A stretch of 64,000 nucleotides of DNA from Myxococcota bacterium (GCA_039028615.1 JBCCHT010000023.1:32001-96000); one strand, 5' to 3'; positions 9,475 to 20,014 are shown, counted from the first letter of the stretch. Numbers and translations are program-made. The notes: generated by a model from the sequence alone, not told the origin.

Positions 9475-10140
9475 ATGGACACCGTCGAGACCATCAAGAA
9501 CCTATTCATCAACTCGGGCGCCGGCTGGGTGCTCTGGCTCCTCTTCGGCCTCTCCGTGGGCAGTGTGATCGTCGCGGTGGAGCGGTTTTTCGTGTTTCGC
9601 AGCAAGAGCCAGGACCTCGATGGGGTGGTGGGCGTCGTCGATGCTCACCTCAAAGCGGGCGATCGCGAGGGCGGCATGAAAGCCCTGGCCGGCATCCGCT
9701 CGGTCGGGGCCCGGGTCGCGTCGGCCGGCATGCGACTGGCAGGGAGAGGCCCTCGTGCCGCCGAAAAGGCGATGGACAGCGCGATGGCGCTGGAGCGCAA
9801 GGGCCTCGAGGCACGACTGGCCTACCTCGGCACGCTGGGCAACAACGCTCCCTTCATCGGCCTGCTCGGCACGGTCATCGGAGTGATCCTGGCGTTCGAG
9901 GAGCTGGGGCAGGCGAACCAGGCGGCCGGCACCGGGGCGAGCCAGGCCGCCTCCAACGCAGTCATGAGCGCGATCGCGGAGGCCCTGGTCGCCACCGCGG
10001 TTGGCATCGCCGTCGCCCTGCCCGCGGTGGCGCTGTACAACTACTTCCAGCGGCGCATCGCCAACATCATGCACGACGCCGAGGCGCTGTCGAGCCTCGT
10101 CGTCGCCTACCTCGTGGACACCGACGAGGACCAGGACTGA
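9475..10140 (+). CDS. exbB: MotA/TolQ/ExbB proton channel protein
   Basis: LGTLGNNAPFIGLLGTVIGVI and IAEALVATAVGIAVALPA. Confidence 0.9.
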   Translation: MDTVETIKNLFINSGAGWVLWLLFGLSVGSVIVAVERFFVFRSKSQDLDGVVGVVDAHLKAGDREGGMKALAGIRSVGARVASAGMRLAGRGPRAAEKAMDSAMALERKGLEARLAYLGTLGNNAPFIGLLGTVIGVILAFEELGQANQAAGTGASQAASNAVMSAIAEALVATAVGIAVALPAVALYNYFQRRIANIMHDAEALSSLVVAYLVDTDEDQD

Positions 10141-10141
10141 G

Positions 10142-10579
10142 ATGGCCGGCTCCAAGCAGCCGTCCAGCGGCATCATCGAGGGCGTCAACGTCACCCCGCT
10201 GGTCGACATCACGCTGGTCCTGCTGATCATCTTCATCGTGACGGCCAAGATCGTCGTGGCGCCCGCCGTGCCTCTCGATCTTCCCACGGCATCGCAGAGC
10301 GAAGCCGTTCAGACCGTGCTGTCGGTCGCGGTCGAGGCCGACGGCCAGATCTCGGTCAACGGCGAAGCGTGTGCGCTGAGCGAGCTCGGAGCCAAGGCCC
10401 AGGCGGTGAAGTCGGAGAGTGCCGACCTGCGAGCGGTCATCGCTGCCGACGCGGCCGTGCCCCACGGGCGGGTCATCGCCGTGCTCGACACGCTGCGGGC
10501 GACCGGCATCGATCGCGTGGCGTTCGCGGCCAACCGCCCGACCGACGACGCGAACACCGAGGAGGCGGACGCTCCGTGA
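10142..10579 (+). CDS. exbD: ExbD/TolR biopolymer transport protein
   Basis: NVTPLVDITLVLLIIFIV; ADAAVPHGRVIAVLD. Confidence 0.92.
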   Translation: MAGSKQPSSGIIEGVNVTPLVDITLVLLIIFIVTAKIVVAPAVPLDLPTASQSEAVQTVLSVAVEADGQISVNGEACALSELGAKAQAVKSESADLRAVIAADAAVPHGRVIAVLDTLRATGIDRVAFAANRPTDDANTEEADAP

Positions 10580-11487
10580 GCGAGTCACCGCGCACGAGCT
10601 CGGCTGCCGTGGAAGACACGGCCGCCTCGGGGACGCCTGCGTCTCCCGGCTCGTTCGCGGCTGAAGTGCTCGGCACCGCCAAGGCTCAGCGACCCGCGCA
10701 GGGGCTGGGCATCGGCATCTTGGTCTCCGTGCTCCTGCACGGCTCGGCGGCCTACGGGGTGTCGCAGACCGCGAGCGACGAGGATGGAGCCGAGTCCGAG
10801 CCGTCGCGGCCCATGGTAGTGGAGCACGAGATCGACCTGACGCCGCTCCCCGAGCCAGAGCCCGAGCCCGAGCCGGAACCCGAGCCCGAACCCGAGCCCG
10901 TCCCCGAAGTGCCCGAGCCCGAGCCCGTCCCCGAGCCACCACCCGCCCGCAAGCGCTCGGAGCCGGCACCGACCAAGCCCGCCCCTCCCACGCCGCCGCC
11001 GCCCGCCGCCGCCGGTCAGGCGCTGTCGTCCGACAGCGACGAGCCCCTCGATTTCGACATCCCGATGGGCAACGCGGGCGTGTACGCGGGCGGCTCGACG
11101 TCGACCCAGGGCACGGGCACCAAGCCGGGAGGTACGGGCAGCACGCCCGCCACCCAACCCGCCCCGGTTGCCGCGGCTCGGCCCGCGCCGCCCAAGCCCA
11201 ACAGCAGCCGCGCCCGCCCGGTCTCCCTGCCCGCCAAGAACTGGAAGTGCGCGTGGCCATGGTCTGCGGACTCACTGGGCATCGACGAGCAGACCGTCGT
11301 GATCCGCGTGGTGGTGACGGCGAACGGCACGCTCCAGCGAGCCAGTCTATTGGCCGACCCGGGCCACGGCTTCGGCGACGCCGCGCTGAAGTGTGCCCGC
11401 ACCGCGAAGTTCGTGCCCGCCCGCGACGACGACGGCAATCCCTACACCGCAACTTCCCCTCCCATCCGCGTCCGCTTCACCCGTTGA
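10576..11487 (+). CDS. tonB: Energy transducer TonB
   Basis: TM helix with SVLLH, (PE)n linker, C-terminal TonB domain; GTGA overlap with exbD. Confidence 0.88.
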   Translation: MSESPRTSSAAVEDTAASGTPASPGSFAAEVLGTAKAQRPAQGLGIGILVSVLLHGSAAYGVSQTASDEDGAESEPSRPMVVEHEIDLTPLPEPEPEPEPEPEPEPEPVPEVPEPEPVPEPPPARKRSEPAPTKPAPPTPPPPAAAGQALSSDSDEPLDFDIPMGNAGVYAGGSTSTQGTGTKPGGTGSTPATQPAPVAAARPAPPKPNSSRARPVSLPAKNWKCAWPWSADSLGIDEQTVVIRVVVTANGTLQRASLLADPGHGFGDAALKCARTAKFVPARDDDGNPYTATSPPIRVRFTR

Positions 11488-11520
11488 CGAACGCCGACCG
11501 ACTCCAAAGACGACGCCATC

Positions 11521-12849
11521 ATGTCGAACCTCGATTCCCTACTCCGCTCCTTCCCGCCTGCGGGACCCCTTGCGCGGGTCGTGCTCGCGGCCTCCGTCTC
11601 CGTGCTTGCGAGCTGCAACGGCTCCACATCGTCGTCCGAAAACGGCGGCGGCGAGACCGGCTCCGTCACCTCGGAGACGGGAGCCGACGTCACCGGTAGC
11701 GAGACGGGAGCGGACACCGAGGTCGTGGCCAGCGATCACATCCTCGCCTCCGTCGTCATCACCGACGTCGGGCGGACCACGTACCTGCAGGTCACCAACG
11801 AGCTTTCGGGGCACCTCGGGAACGAGACGGGCATCGAGATCGCGGGCCAGGCCGAGTTCTTCGTCGAAGGACGCAACCTCTACGTCGGGCTCAGCGAAGA
11901 ACCCACGTGGGTCAAGTATGAGATCGGCGAGGACCTCCAGATCACCGAGGTGTCTCGCATGAGCCTGGCCACCTTCGGCCTGCCCAACATCGACTTCGGC
12001 AACGCGATCGTCGACGCCGACACGGCCGTGTCGATCTCGTCGCAGGCCCTGCTGGCCATCGTCTGGAACCCGCAGACGATGGAGATCACGGGCACGGTCG
12101 ACCTCGGGCACATGGCCGATCCCGACCTCGACCTCGAGAACTGGACCACCACCGCCCACGACGGGCTGGTGTACATCCCCGCCCGATGGGGCAGCGTGCT
12201 CGCGGCCTCCGTCGCGCCGCGGGTGCACCTCACCGTCGTCGACCCCGACGCCCTCGAGGTCGTGGCCATCGCCGAGGACGAGCGCTGCTCGAGCGGCGGC
12301 CGCATCGTGTTCGACGAGGCGGGCTACGGCTACGTCATGGGCGACGGCCGCAACTACGGGGCCCAGCTCGCCGCCCAGCTCGCCGGAGACCCGGTCCCCG
12401 AAAACTGCCTGCTTCGAATTCCGCCGGGCGGCACCGACTTCGAAGAGGGCTACTTCCACACCATCAAGAGCCTGACCGGCGGCGTCGAGTCCATTACCGA
12501 GCTCGAGACCAACGCCAATGGCGGCGGCTACGGCTTCGCGAAGATGTTCCACCCCGACCAGCTCCCCGATGGTGTGGACGCGGTGGACTTCTCGCTGTGG
12601 GGCTACAACGCCCATCGGCTGTGGCGAATCCAGCTCGGGGACGAGCCCAGCGCCGAGCCAGTCGAAGGAGCGCCGTACTCGATCGTCGGGTTCGCGGGCA
12701 GCGAGGTGGACGGCCAGCTCTACGTCGGCGAGAGCGAAGACGCCGGCGCCTCCTCGACCGTCTATGCCGTGGATGCCGAAGCCAACCTGGCGACGCCCGT
12801 GTTCACGATGGACGGCTACTTCCACGGGCTGTTCCGGCTCGAATCCTGA
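11521..12849 (+). CDS. MxcI-like lipoprotein
   Basis: Lipobox LASC; WNPQTMEITG, DERC, NCLLRIPPG motifs. Confidence 0.7.
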   Translation: MSNLDSLLRSFPPAGPLARVVLAASVSVLASCNGSTSSSENGGGETGSVTSETGADVTGSETGADTEVVASDHILASVVITDVGRTTYLQVTNELSGHLGNETGIEIAGQAEFFVEGRNLYVGLSEEPTWVKYEIGEDLQITEVSRMSLATFGLPNIDFGNAIVDADTAVSISSQALLAIVWNPQTMEITGTVDLGHMADPDLDLENWTTTAHDGLVYIPARWGSVLAASVAPRVHLTVVDPDALEVVAIAEDERCSSGGRIVFDEAGYGYVMGDGRNYGAQLAAQLAGDPVPENCLLRIPPGGTDFEEGYFHTIKSLTGGVESITELETNANGGGYGFAKMFHPDQLPDGVDAVDFSLWGYNAHRLWRIQLGDEPSAEPVEGAPYSIVGFAGSEVDGQLYVGESEDAGASSTVYAVDAEANLATPVFTMDGYFHGLFRLES

Positions 12850-12855
12850 GGGCTC

Positions 12856-14145
12856 ATGCACACTGAGACTCGCTCTTCCATCGTTCTCCCGGCCCACGCG
12901 TCGCTGGGCCTCGTCCTCGCGCTCGGCGGCTGCCCGTCGTCACCGAGCGGCGACGATGGCCCCAGCGCCGCCGAGACCGGAGGCGACACGGGCGGGGAGA
13001 CCACCGCTGGCGTCGACGAGAGCTCGGGCGGCGAAGACCCGGTCCAGGCCGCGTACTTCGTGTTCAACCGGATTCAGACGCCCGAGGGCCGCACCATGTT
13101 CGCGTCGATCCTGCCGCAGCTCGACCACGGCCTCGTCGACGTCGGCGAGGCACTCGAGCTGTCCGGCCTCAGCCGCGGGCGGATCTTCAACGACAAGCTC
13201 TACGCCTTCGACGGAGAGTCGGGCGTGATCACCCGCTTTGCCATCGCCGAGGACGGAACCCTCAGCCCCGATGCCCTGGACGATGGGTCGCCGGCCCAGG
13301 TGAGCTTCGCCAGCCTCGGGATCTCCGCCTTCCTCAGCACGGTGTCCTTCATCGACGAGAACCGGGCGCTGTACTTCGACCTGTGGGGCGACGTCGTGGT
13401 CGACTGGAATCCCACCACGATGACCATCGTCGACAACTTTCCCGCCGGTCTCCAGCGCGAAGGCTTCGACATCTCGGGCGGAGAGATGACGCGGATCGAC
13501 GACCAGCTCGTGATTCCGCTGTCGTGGCAGAACGCCGGCACGGCAGAAGCGATCGAGGTCAATGCCATCGGCGTGGTCGACCTGCAAGACCCCACGTCCA
13601 TTCGCGTCATCGAAGATGCCCGCTGCATGGGCACCGCCAGCACCTTCGTGTTCGAAGATCAGCTCTACGTCATGGCCGACAACTTCGGCGGGCTCGCGGT
13701 CACCCTGACCGACGACGAGCTGCCCCCGCCGTGCCTGCTCCGATGGACGCCCGGTGCCGATGCCTTCGATGCCGATTACCACCTCGACCTCTCCGCCCAC
13801 ACGGGCTACCAGCTCGTCGCGGGTGCGTTGTCGACGGGCGACGGCACCTTCATGACCCAGGTCTACACCTCGGACGAGGACCCGAGCACGCTCGGGCTCT
13901 TCGAGCTGCTCGATGGTGATCACTGGTCGCGCGCGTTCGTCTCGCTCGATGGCGAGACCACCATCGTCGAACAGATCCCGCCGGGCGCCGCGAGCTCGCA
14001 GGGGTGGATCGTCGACGGTCGGTACCTGTTCCCTCGAGCCGACGACACCGCCGGAGAGTCCACGCTGTTTTCGTTCGAGGACGGCACCGTGAGCGAGTTG
14101 CTCACCGTGCCCGGCGACCTGTTCATCGTCGATCGGGTGCGCTGA
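12856..14145 (+). CDS. MxcI-like lipoprotein
   Basis: Lipobox LGGC; WNPTTMTI, DARC, PCLLRW; paralog of upstream gene. Confidence 0.7.
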   Translation: MHTETRSSIVLPAHASLGLVLALGGCPSSPSGDDGPSAAETGGDTGGETTAGVDESSGGEDPVQAAYFVFNRIQTPEGRTMFASILPQLDHGLVDVGEALELSGLSRGRIFNDKLYAFDGESGVITRFAIAEDGTLSPDALDDGSPAQVSFASLGISAFLSTVSFIDENRALYFDLWGDVVVDWNPTTMTIVDNFPAGLQREGFDISGGEMTRIDDQLVIPLSWQNAGTAEAIEVNAIGVVDLQDPTSIRVIEDARCMGTASTFVFEDQLYVMADNFGGLAVTLTDDELPPPCLLRWTPGADAFDADYHLDLSAHTGYQLVAGALSTGDGTFMTQVYTSDEDPSTLGLFELLDGDHWSRAFVSLDGETTIVEQIPPGAASSQGWIVDGRYLFPRADDTAGESTLFSFEDGTVSELLTVPGDLFIVDRVR

Positions 14146-14432
14146 GCGTCCTGGGCCCTCGGCCGCCCGGGCGCGGATCGACGGACCGAGGGATTCACCT
14201 ACAAATGCGCGAGATGCGTATGCTGGGCGGCGCGGCACCAACCGTGCCGACCAGCGTGTATCCGCCCCAGTTCGGATCTCCGCGCAGAAAACGCACATAG
14301 ATCTAACTCATTGAACTCAGGGAGTTTATCCGCCATTGCGGGCAATGGGAGCACACGCACCTACAGTTAGGGAGAAAACCTCTTGTTCACGTCATATGCG
14401 CGAGCTAGACGGCCTCGCACATCGGCACCGCC

Positions 14433-15722
14433 ATGGACGCATTCACTCCGACTCACGCCGGCATGGTCCTGCTCTTCGTCCTCGGATACGGGGCGATCAT
14501 CTTCGAGCACAATCTGCGGATCAACAAAGGCGCCGTCGCCCTGCTGCTCGCCGCGGGCTTGTGGCTGCTCTACTTCTCCGGCCTCGCGCCGTCCGAGCAC
14601 GTCGCCACGCATCAGCTCTCCGAGCTGCTCAGCGAGGTCGCGCAGATCGTCTTCTTCCTGCTCGGTGCCATGACCCTGGTCGAGGTCATCGACCTGCACG
14701 GCTCGTTCAAGCTCGTCACCGATCAGATCCGCACCCGCTCCAAGTGGAAGATCATGTGGGTGCTCGCGACGCTGGCGTTCTTCATGTCCGCCGTGCTCGA
14801 CAACCTCACGACCACCATCGTGATGGTCTCGCTGCTCCGTCGCATCCTGCCCAACCGCGAGAACCGACTGCTGCTCGGCTCGCTCGTGGTCATCGCCGCC
14901 AACGCGGGCGGGGCATGGACCCCGATGGGCGACGTCACCACCACCATGCTGTGGATCGGCGGACAGGTCACCACCCTCGGCGTCATGGGTGCGCTCATCC
15001 TCCCGAGCCTCGTCACCATGATCGTCGCCGTGCTGCTGCTGGGTCGCAGCGAGAAGGCCGGTCACTACGGCGGGGAGGCGGCCGACGGCGATCAGCACGT
15101 CGAGCTCGGTGCCCGCCGCGTCCTCAGCCTCGGCCTCGGCGCCTTCATCATGGTGCCCGTCCTCAAGTCGGTCGCCCACATCCCGCCCTTCGTCGGCATC
15201 CTGCTCGGCCTCGGCGTCATGTGGCTCGTCACCGACGTCCTCCACCACGAGCACGAGAGCCGCCAGCACGTGAAGGTCCCCGCCGCCTTCACCAAGATCG
15301 ACGTCTCCGGCGTCCTCTTCTTCCTCGGCATCCTGCTGGGCATCGGCGCCCTCCAAGCCGCCGGCCTCCTCAACGCCCTCGCCCACGGCCTCGACAGCGT
15401 CGCCGGCAGCCCCACCGTTCTCGCGGGGGTCCTCGGCGTCCTCTCGGCCGTCATCGACAACGTGCCCCTGGTCGCCGCCACCATGGGCATGTACTCCCTC
15501 GAGCAGTACCCCACCGACAGCCAGTTCTGGGACCTCATCGCGTACTGTGCCGGCACCGGTGGATCGATCCTCATCATCGGCAGCGCCGCCGGGGTCGCCT
15601 TCATGGGCATGGAGAAGGTCGACTTCATGTGGTACCTGAAGCGGATCTCGCTGGTCGCGTTGGCCAGCTACGCGGCGGGTATGGCTACGTACCTCGGGCT
15701 GGCTGCTGTCGGCGTGGTGTAG
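14433..15722 (+). CDS. nhaD: Na+/H+ antiporter NhaD family
   Basis: SAVLDNLTTTIV, AANAGGAWTPMGDVTTTMLW, SAVIDNVPLVAA, GTGGSILIIGSAAGV. Confidence 0.92.
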   Translation: MDAFTPTHAGMVLLFVLGYGAIIFEHNLRINKGAVALLLAAGLWLLYFSGLAPSEHVATHQLSELLSEVAQIVFFLLGAMTLVEVIDLHGSFKLVTDQIRTRSKWKIMWVLATLAFFMSAVLDNLTTTIVMVSLLRRILPNRENRLLLGSLVVIAANAGGAWTPMGDVTTTMLWIGGQVTTLGVMGALILPSLVTMIVAVLLLGRSEKAGHYGGEAADGDQHVELGARRVLSLGLGAFIMVPVLKSVAHIPPFVGILLGLGVMWLVTDVLHHEHESRQHVKVPAAFTKIDVSGVLFFLGILLGIGALQAAGLLNALAHGLDSVAGSPTVLAGVLGVLSAVIDNVPLVAATMGMYSLEQYPTDSQFWDLIAYCAGTGGSILIIGSAAGVAFMGMEKVDFMWYLKRISLVALASYAAGMATYLGLAAVGVV

Positions 15723-15819
15723 CGGCTGCGGAGCGCGCGGGTAGCCGCTTCCCGGGCCCACGGGCGCTCGTCAGTGTCGCGGGTCGTCGACTCGAGACAT
15801 GGGATTCGCCGCGGGCAAC

Positions 15820-16437
15820 TCAGCCCATGCCCGCGCGAATCTCCTCGACCCAGTCCTCCAGGTTGCCGACGGCGCTCTTTGCCTCGTCGCTCGACTTGGC
15901 CACCGTCTCGACCGCCTTCTTCAGTAGCTCTTTCCCGCGTCGGATCCGGCTGCGGGCGGTGTCCTCCGGGACACCGAGCACCTCGCCGATCTCCGCGCCG
16001 GTCAGCCGCTCCCAGAAGTACAGCTCGAGTACGATCTGAAATCGCAGCGGGATACGGCGCAGCGCGAGCAGGAGGGCTCGTTGTTCGCGGACGGCATCGA
16101 CCATCGTGGTCGGACCGGCGCCGAGGTCGACCACCGAGCACTCGTCGATGTCCTCGGCGTTGTTCTTGGGTCGACGCCGCGCTCGATAGTGCTCACGCAG
16201 CACGTTGTGCGCGACGGCGAACAGGAAGGTTCGGAAGGTCGACCGCCCCTCGAAGCGCTCCTTGGCCTTGACGCACCCGAGGAAGGTCCGCTGGACCAGA
16301 TCGGCGGCCTCGTCGTCGTTGTCGATCTTGTTGATGAAGAACCGCCGGATCGGCTCGAAATGGCGTTGAAAGAGTCGGTTGCCTGCCCGCTGATCGCCGC
16401 CTTGCCATGCGGTCAGCAGGGCTTCGTCATCCTTCAT
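15820..16437 (-). CDS. ECF RNA polymerase sigma factor
   Basis: Region 2 DLVQRTFL...FRTFLFAVAHN; region 4 EIGEVLGVPEDTARSRIRRG. Confidence 0.9.
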   Translation of the reverse strand: MKDDEALLTAWQGGDQRAGNRLFQRHFEPIRRFFINKIDNDDEAADLVQRTFLGCVKAKERFEGRSTFRTFLFAVAHNVLREHYRARRRPKNNAEDIDECSVVDLGAGPTTMVDAVREQRALLLALRRIPLRFQIVLELYFWERLTGAEIGEVLGVPEDTARSRIRRGKELLKKAVETVAKSSDEAKSAVGNLEDWVEEIRAGMG

Positions 16438-16568
16438 CGGCGCCGAGGATGCCACGTGGCCCGCTGTGGCCGCCACCCGGGAGACATTTGGACCTTTCGT
16501 GCCACCCCGGTCCAAAAAAGAAACAACGGACTGCGAAACTTCGTGCACTACCATGGCCACGCCGTTCG

Positions 16569-19352
16569 ATGGATACGCGCGAGGACTCGCTTTCGCCTGA
16601 AGCCCCGCCTTCGCAGGGTCACGGGGCCAGGTCTTTGAGGGTCCGGGTCGCCAAATCGCTGTTTGACAAGCTCGACATCGAAGAAGTGGCGCCCCAGGAA
16701 TTTGGTCGCTACCTGCTCGAGGGGAAAATCGGGGAAGGCGGCATGGGCGAGGTCCACTTGGCGTGGGACCAGCAGCTCGGGCGGTACCTGGCACTCAAGG
16801 TGCTGTCGCCAGGCCGCGCGGGAGTCGAAGGCGAAGAAGGTGAGCGGGAGCGGAAACGCCTGACCCGCGAGGCCCAGGCCCTGGCGAAGGTCTCCCACCC
16901 GAACGTCGTGCACGTGTACGAGGTCGGCGAACACGAAGGCGACGTGTTCATCGCGATGGAGCACGTCGAAGGGTCGCCTCTGCACAAGTGGCTGCAAGGC
17001 GCGTCCAGGACCACAAAGGAAGTCCTCCAGGTCTTCCTGCAAGCCGGCGAAGGGCTGATCGCGGCCCATGATGCCGGCTTGGTGCATCGCGACTTCAAGC
17101 CGAGCAACGTTCTGGTGGGGGACGATGGTTGGGTGCGGGTCTTGGACTTTGGGCTCGCCCAAGGCCCCGGGCTCGAGGTGGGCGCGACTCGGTCAGCAAG
17201 CGGACGCGATGTCGCAGTCACGACGGGTCGGGTGACCAAGACGGGCGCGGTGGCGGGCACGCCCGCCTACATGGCGCCGGAGCAGTTCCGCGGTCACGAA
17301 CCCGATGCCCGAGCCGACCAGTTCAGCTTTTGCATGTCGGTCTACGAAGCATTGGCGGGATGCCGACCCTTCGAGGCCGAAGCGCTACGACGGGCGGGCG
17401 AACGAGCACTGCCCAGTCCAACGAAAGGCGATCGTCGAGTTCCCTGGCTGCTGGCGCGGGTGCTGCGACGCGGGCTCTCGGCCGAGCCGCAAAACCGCTG
17501 GGCGGACATGAAAGCGCTTTTGCAAGCGCTTCGCTCAGCCCAGCGTTGGCGAACGCTTCGATGGTGGGGTGCAGGACCCATCGTGTTCGGCTTGGCGGGC
17601 GCAGGGTTGATCACCATGGCCAATCAGCCCACCTGCGACCCCGCCTCTACGTCGCCCCCCGTGCGGTGGGCATCGGACCTCCCACAGCAAGTCGAAGAGG
17701 CGATGCTGTCGGTGAAGAAGCCCTATGCAGAAGACACGGCGAGGTTGTCCAACGATCGACTGGATGCCTTCGTAGGGGAGTGGACGCAAGCCTACAACTC
17801 GACCTGCCGGGCCGACGACGAGCGTCGCCAACGCGCTGAGGCGTGCTTGGCCAACTCCACCACGAGCTTCAACGCGGTCATCGACCGGCTGACGGAAGGC
17901 GATGAGCTGGGAGTCGTGAATGCGGGGTCAATCCTCGAGCAACTGGCATCTCCCAGCCCCTGTGCGGGTGCCGATCCGCCATCCGCGGATGCATCGGTCA
18001 CGGGAGAGCAGTTCCAGACGTTCGTCGAGGCCAAGGTGGACGCTGCGGCTGGCAGCTACGAGCGAGCCCTCGAGGAACTCGAGGAACTGAGCAACGAACT
18101 CCCCAAGACGGCAGACGACTTGCACGCCCAGACGTTGACGCTGCTGGGGCAGATGCAGGCAAAACGGGGGCGTCTCGACGAAGCGCGGTACCACCTGGGG
18201 CTTGCCAGCGGCCGAACCTACACACCAGAGCCGCAAGTCCAAGCCAAACTTGCGCTCACCGATCTTCTGCTGGAACTCGAAGACTACGACGCAGCGAAAG
18301 ACCAGCTCAACGGGGCCCAGCACTCCATCTCAGACACTTCGTTCGATACGCAGGCCGACTTCTTCGATCTCGATGGCAAGTACGAAATGTTCGCGAGGTA
18401 TGACGCGGAGGCAGGAGCCCAACGGCACGAGAAGGCCCTGGAGCTGAGACAGCGGCGGGAGGTCCCAGATCAGAGCCAGCTCTTCGCCACGCGGCAGCTG
18501 CTCGCCCACGCACTCGCCGCGAAGGAGGAGTTTGACAAAGCGACCAAGCTCTACGAGGCGGTCAGAGAATATCGAAAGGGGACCGTTGGCGAGGCACACC
18601 CGCTGTACGGGGAGGCATTGTTCAACCTGGGTGTTCACGAAGCGGACGACAGGGGGCGCTTCAACAACGCCAGAAAGTACCTCGAGGACGCACTAGAGAT
18701 CGTACGCAACGCGGAGGGCGAGAGTTCGCACTTCACGGCGCGGATCAAAGCCAAGCTGGCGGAGTCGTTGCTGGAGCTGGGGGAGAAGGAAGAGGCGCTG
18801 AAGCTCGCCAACGAGTCTTGGAGGACGCAGCAATCCTTGCCCCAAACCCACTCCGACTACCGCGCGAGCCTGGCCGCCCTGGCGTCGGTCGAGCAGGGCA
18901 ACGAGCTTTGGGAAGCGTCCCTGGAGCATCATCTACTACTAAATGCGGCCCAAGAGCTCGCCGGCTCCGTAGACCCCTCCGCGTTGCACAACCTCGCGTA
19001 TCTCAGTTGCAAGGCGGATCGATGCCCCGAAGCGAGAAAGTGGATCGAAGCCACGCGTGCGGAACTCGCAAAGCTCTCCCCCGAACAACGAGAGGAACTT
19101 GGTCTGCTCGTTCAGATGATGCTTCTGTACTCCCAAAGCATCGAGATGGTCGTAGAAATCGACGCAGGCAACCGGGAACGCGCAATCGAACTCGCCCGAG
19201 AGATCCGCGAAACAGCCGAAGCGTTAGAAATCGAGCCCGGCGACACGCGAAGCCAGGGCCAGCTCAAAACGCTCTACGAAGAGTTCGAGCCCTACGAAGA
19301 GCGCCTGGGCCTGCGCCCTACTCCTCCGCCTCCCGATACGGCACGTCCGTAA
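16569..19352 (+). CDS. Membrane Ser/Thr protein kinase with C-terminal TPR repeats
   Basis: GEGGMG, ALK, HRDFKPSN, DFG, GTPAYMAPE; TM; Cys-containing domain; TPRs. Confidence 0.93.
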   Translation: MDTREDSLSPEAPPSQGHGARSLRVRVAKSLFDKLDIEEVAPQEFGRYLLEGKIGEGGMGEVHLAWDQQLGRYLALKVLSPGRAGVEGEEGERERKRLTREAQALAKVSHPNVVHVYEVGEHEGDVFIAMEHVEGSPLHKWLQGASRTTKEVLQVFLQAGEGLIAAHDAGLVHRDFKPSNVLVGDDGWVRVLDFGLAQGPGLEVGATRSASGRDVAVTTGRVTKTGAVAGTPAYMAPEQFRGHEPDARADQFSFCMSVYEALAGCRPFEAEALRRAGERALPSPTKGDRRVPWLLARVLRRGLSAEPQNRWADMKALLQALRSAQRWRTLRWWGAGPIVFGLAGAGLITMANQPTCDPASTSPPVRWASDLPQQVEEAMLSVKKPYAEDTARLSNDRLDAFVGEWTQAYNSTCRADDERRQRAEACLANSTTSFNAVIDRLTEGDELGVVNAGSILEQLASPSPCAGADPPSADASVTGEQFQTFVEAKVDAAAGSYERALEELEELSNELPKTADDLHAQTLTLLGQMQAKRGRLDEARYHLGLASGRTYTPEPQVQAKLALTDLLLELEDYDAAKDQLNGAQHSISDTSFDTQADFFDLDGKYEMFARYDAEAGAQRHEKALELRQRREVPDQSQLFATRQLLAHALAAKEEFDKATKLYEAVREYRKGTVGEAHPLYGEALFNLGVHEADDRGRFNNARKYLEDALEIVRNAEGESSHFTARIKAKLAESLLELGEKEEALKLANESWRTQQSLPQTHSDYRASLAALASVEQGNELWEASLEHHLLLNAAQELAGSVDPSALHNLAYLSCKADRCPEARKWIEATRAELAKLSPEQREELGLLVQMMLLYSQSIEMVVEIDAGNRERAIELAREIRETAEALEIEPGDTRSQGQLKTLYEEFEPYEERLGLRPTPPPPDTARP

Positions 19353-19980
19353 GCGAAGCCTCGAAATCAACCCCCGGGTAGTCCACCGTCTCGGCCGTGT
19401 CGTAGTCATGGCAGCTGGTCAGCCGCGCCTTGATGGTGCCGGACAGGTGCGTGTCGTCGAACGCCGTCACCTCCATCATCAGGTCATCGGGCGTCCCTTC
19501 GTTACCGCCACAGCCCACGAGCTGCTCCTTGCCACCGACCATTGCCGAGAACCCCACGTTCATGCGAAACACCTCGTTGGGCCCCTTCTTGATCTCCATC
19601 TCGCGAAACTCGAAGCGCACGGTGGGCACGCGAGCTTTTCGAGCGTTGATGTCGATGGAGGGCTTGGGCTTGCCGGGGAGACCCTTGGGAAAGGGAGTCA
19701 CCCTGGCTCGGCCCTTGGCCTCGGTGAAGGGCTCCGCGTCGCCGATCTTCACGGAGAAGGCGTACTTTTCCTCGGGCTCGGCGTCGGCCTTTTTTGCACC
19801 GGCCTTCTTGGCATCCCCACCGCTCTTGGAGGACTTGGCGTCGGACTTCTTGCCATCGGCGGAGTCGCCGGCCTTGGCTTTCTCGCCTTTGTCGGCCGCG
19901 CCGTCGGAGTCGCAGCCGGCGGAAACGAGCACGAGCGCGGGAAGAAGCGAGAGGACGGAACGTCGGAAAGTCGTGGTCAT
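19318..19980 (-). CDS. Hypothetical lipoprotein
   Basis: Lipobox SAGC, Lys/Ala/Asp linker, beta-rich domain with Cys pair; 35-bp convergent overlap with kinase. Confidence 0.75.
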   Translation of the reverse strand: MTTTFRRSVLSLLPALVLVSAGCDSDGAADKGEKAKAGDSADGKKSDAKSSKSGGDAKKAGAKKADAEPEEKYAFSVKIGDAEPFTEAKGRARVTPFPKGLPGKPKPSIDINARKARVPTVRFEFREMEIKKGPNEVFRMNVGFSAMVGGKEQLVGCGGNEGTPDDLMMEVTAFDDTHLSGTIKARLTSCHDYDTAETVDYPGVDFEASLTDVPYREAEE

Positions 19981-20014
19981 GATGAAAAGCGGGGCGCGGA
20001 GGGCCCGATACGGG

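Noticed and set aside
6607..10140. 1177-aa ORF suggesting a giant ExbB fusion
   Set aside because: The upstream part is an Arg/Gly-rich off-frame read of the receptor gene; ExbB starts at 9475
10845..10940. Tandem CCCGAG repeats as CRISPR or VNTR element
   Set aside because: They encode the Pro-Glu linker of TonB; no spacers or cas genes
15820..16437. ECF43-type (EcfP/EcfK) sigma factor
   Set aside because: Region 2.2 keeps acidic EAADLVQ (others IADLVQ, VEDLIQ) rather than the Thr-containing motif
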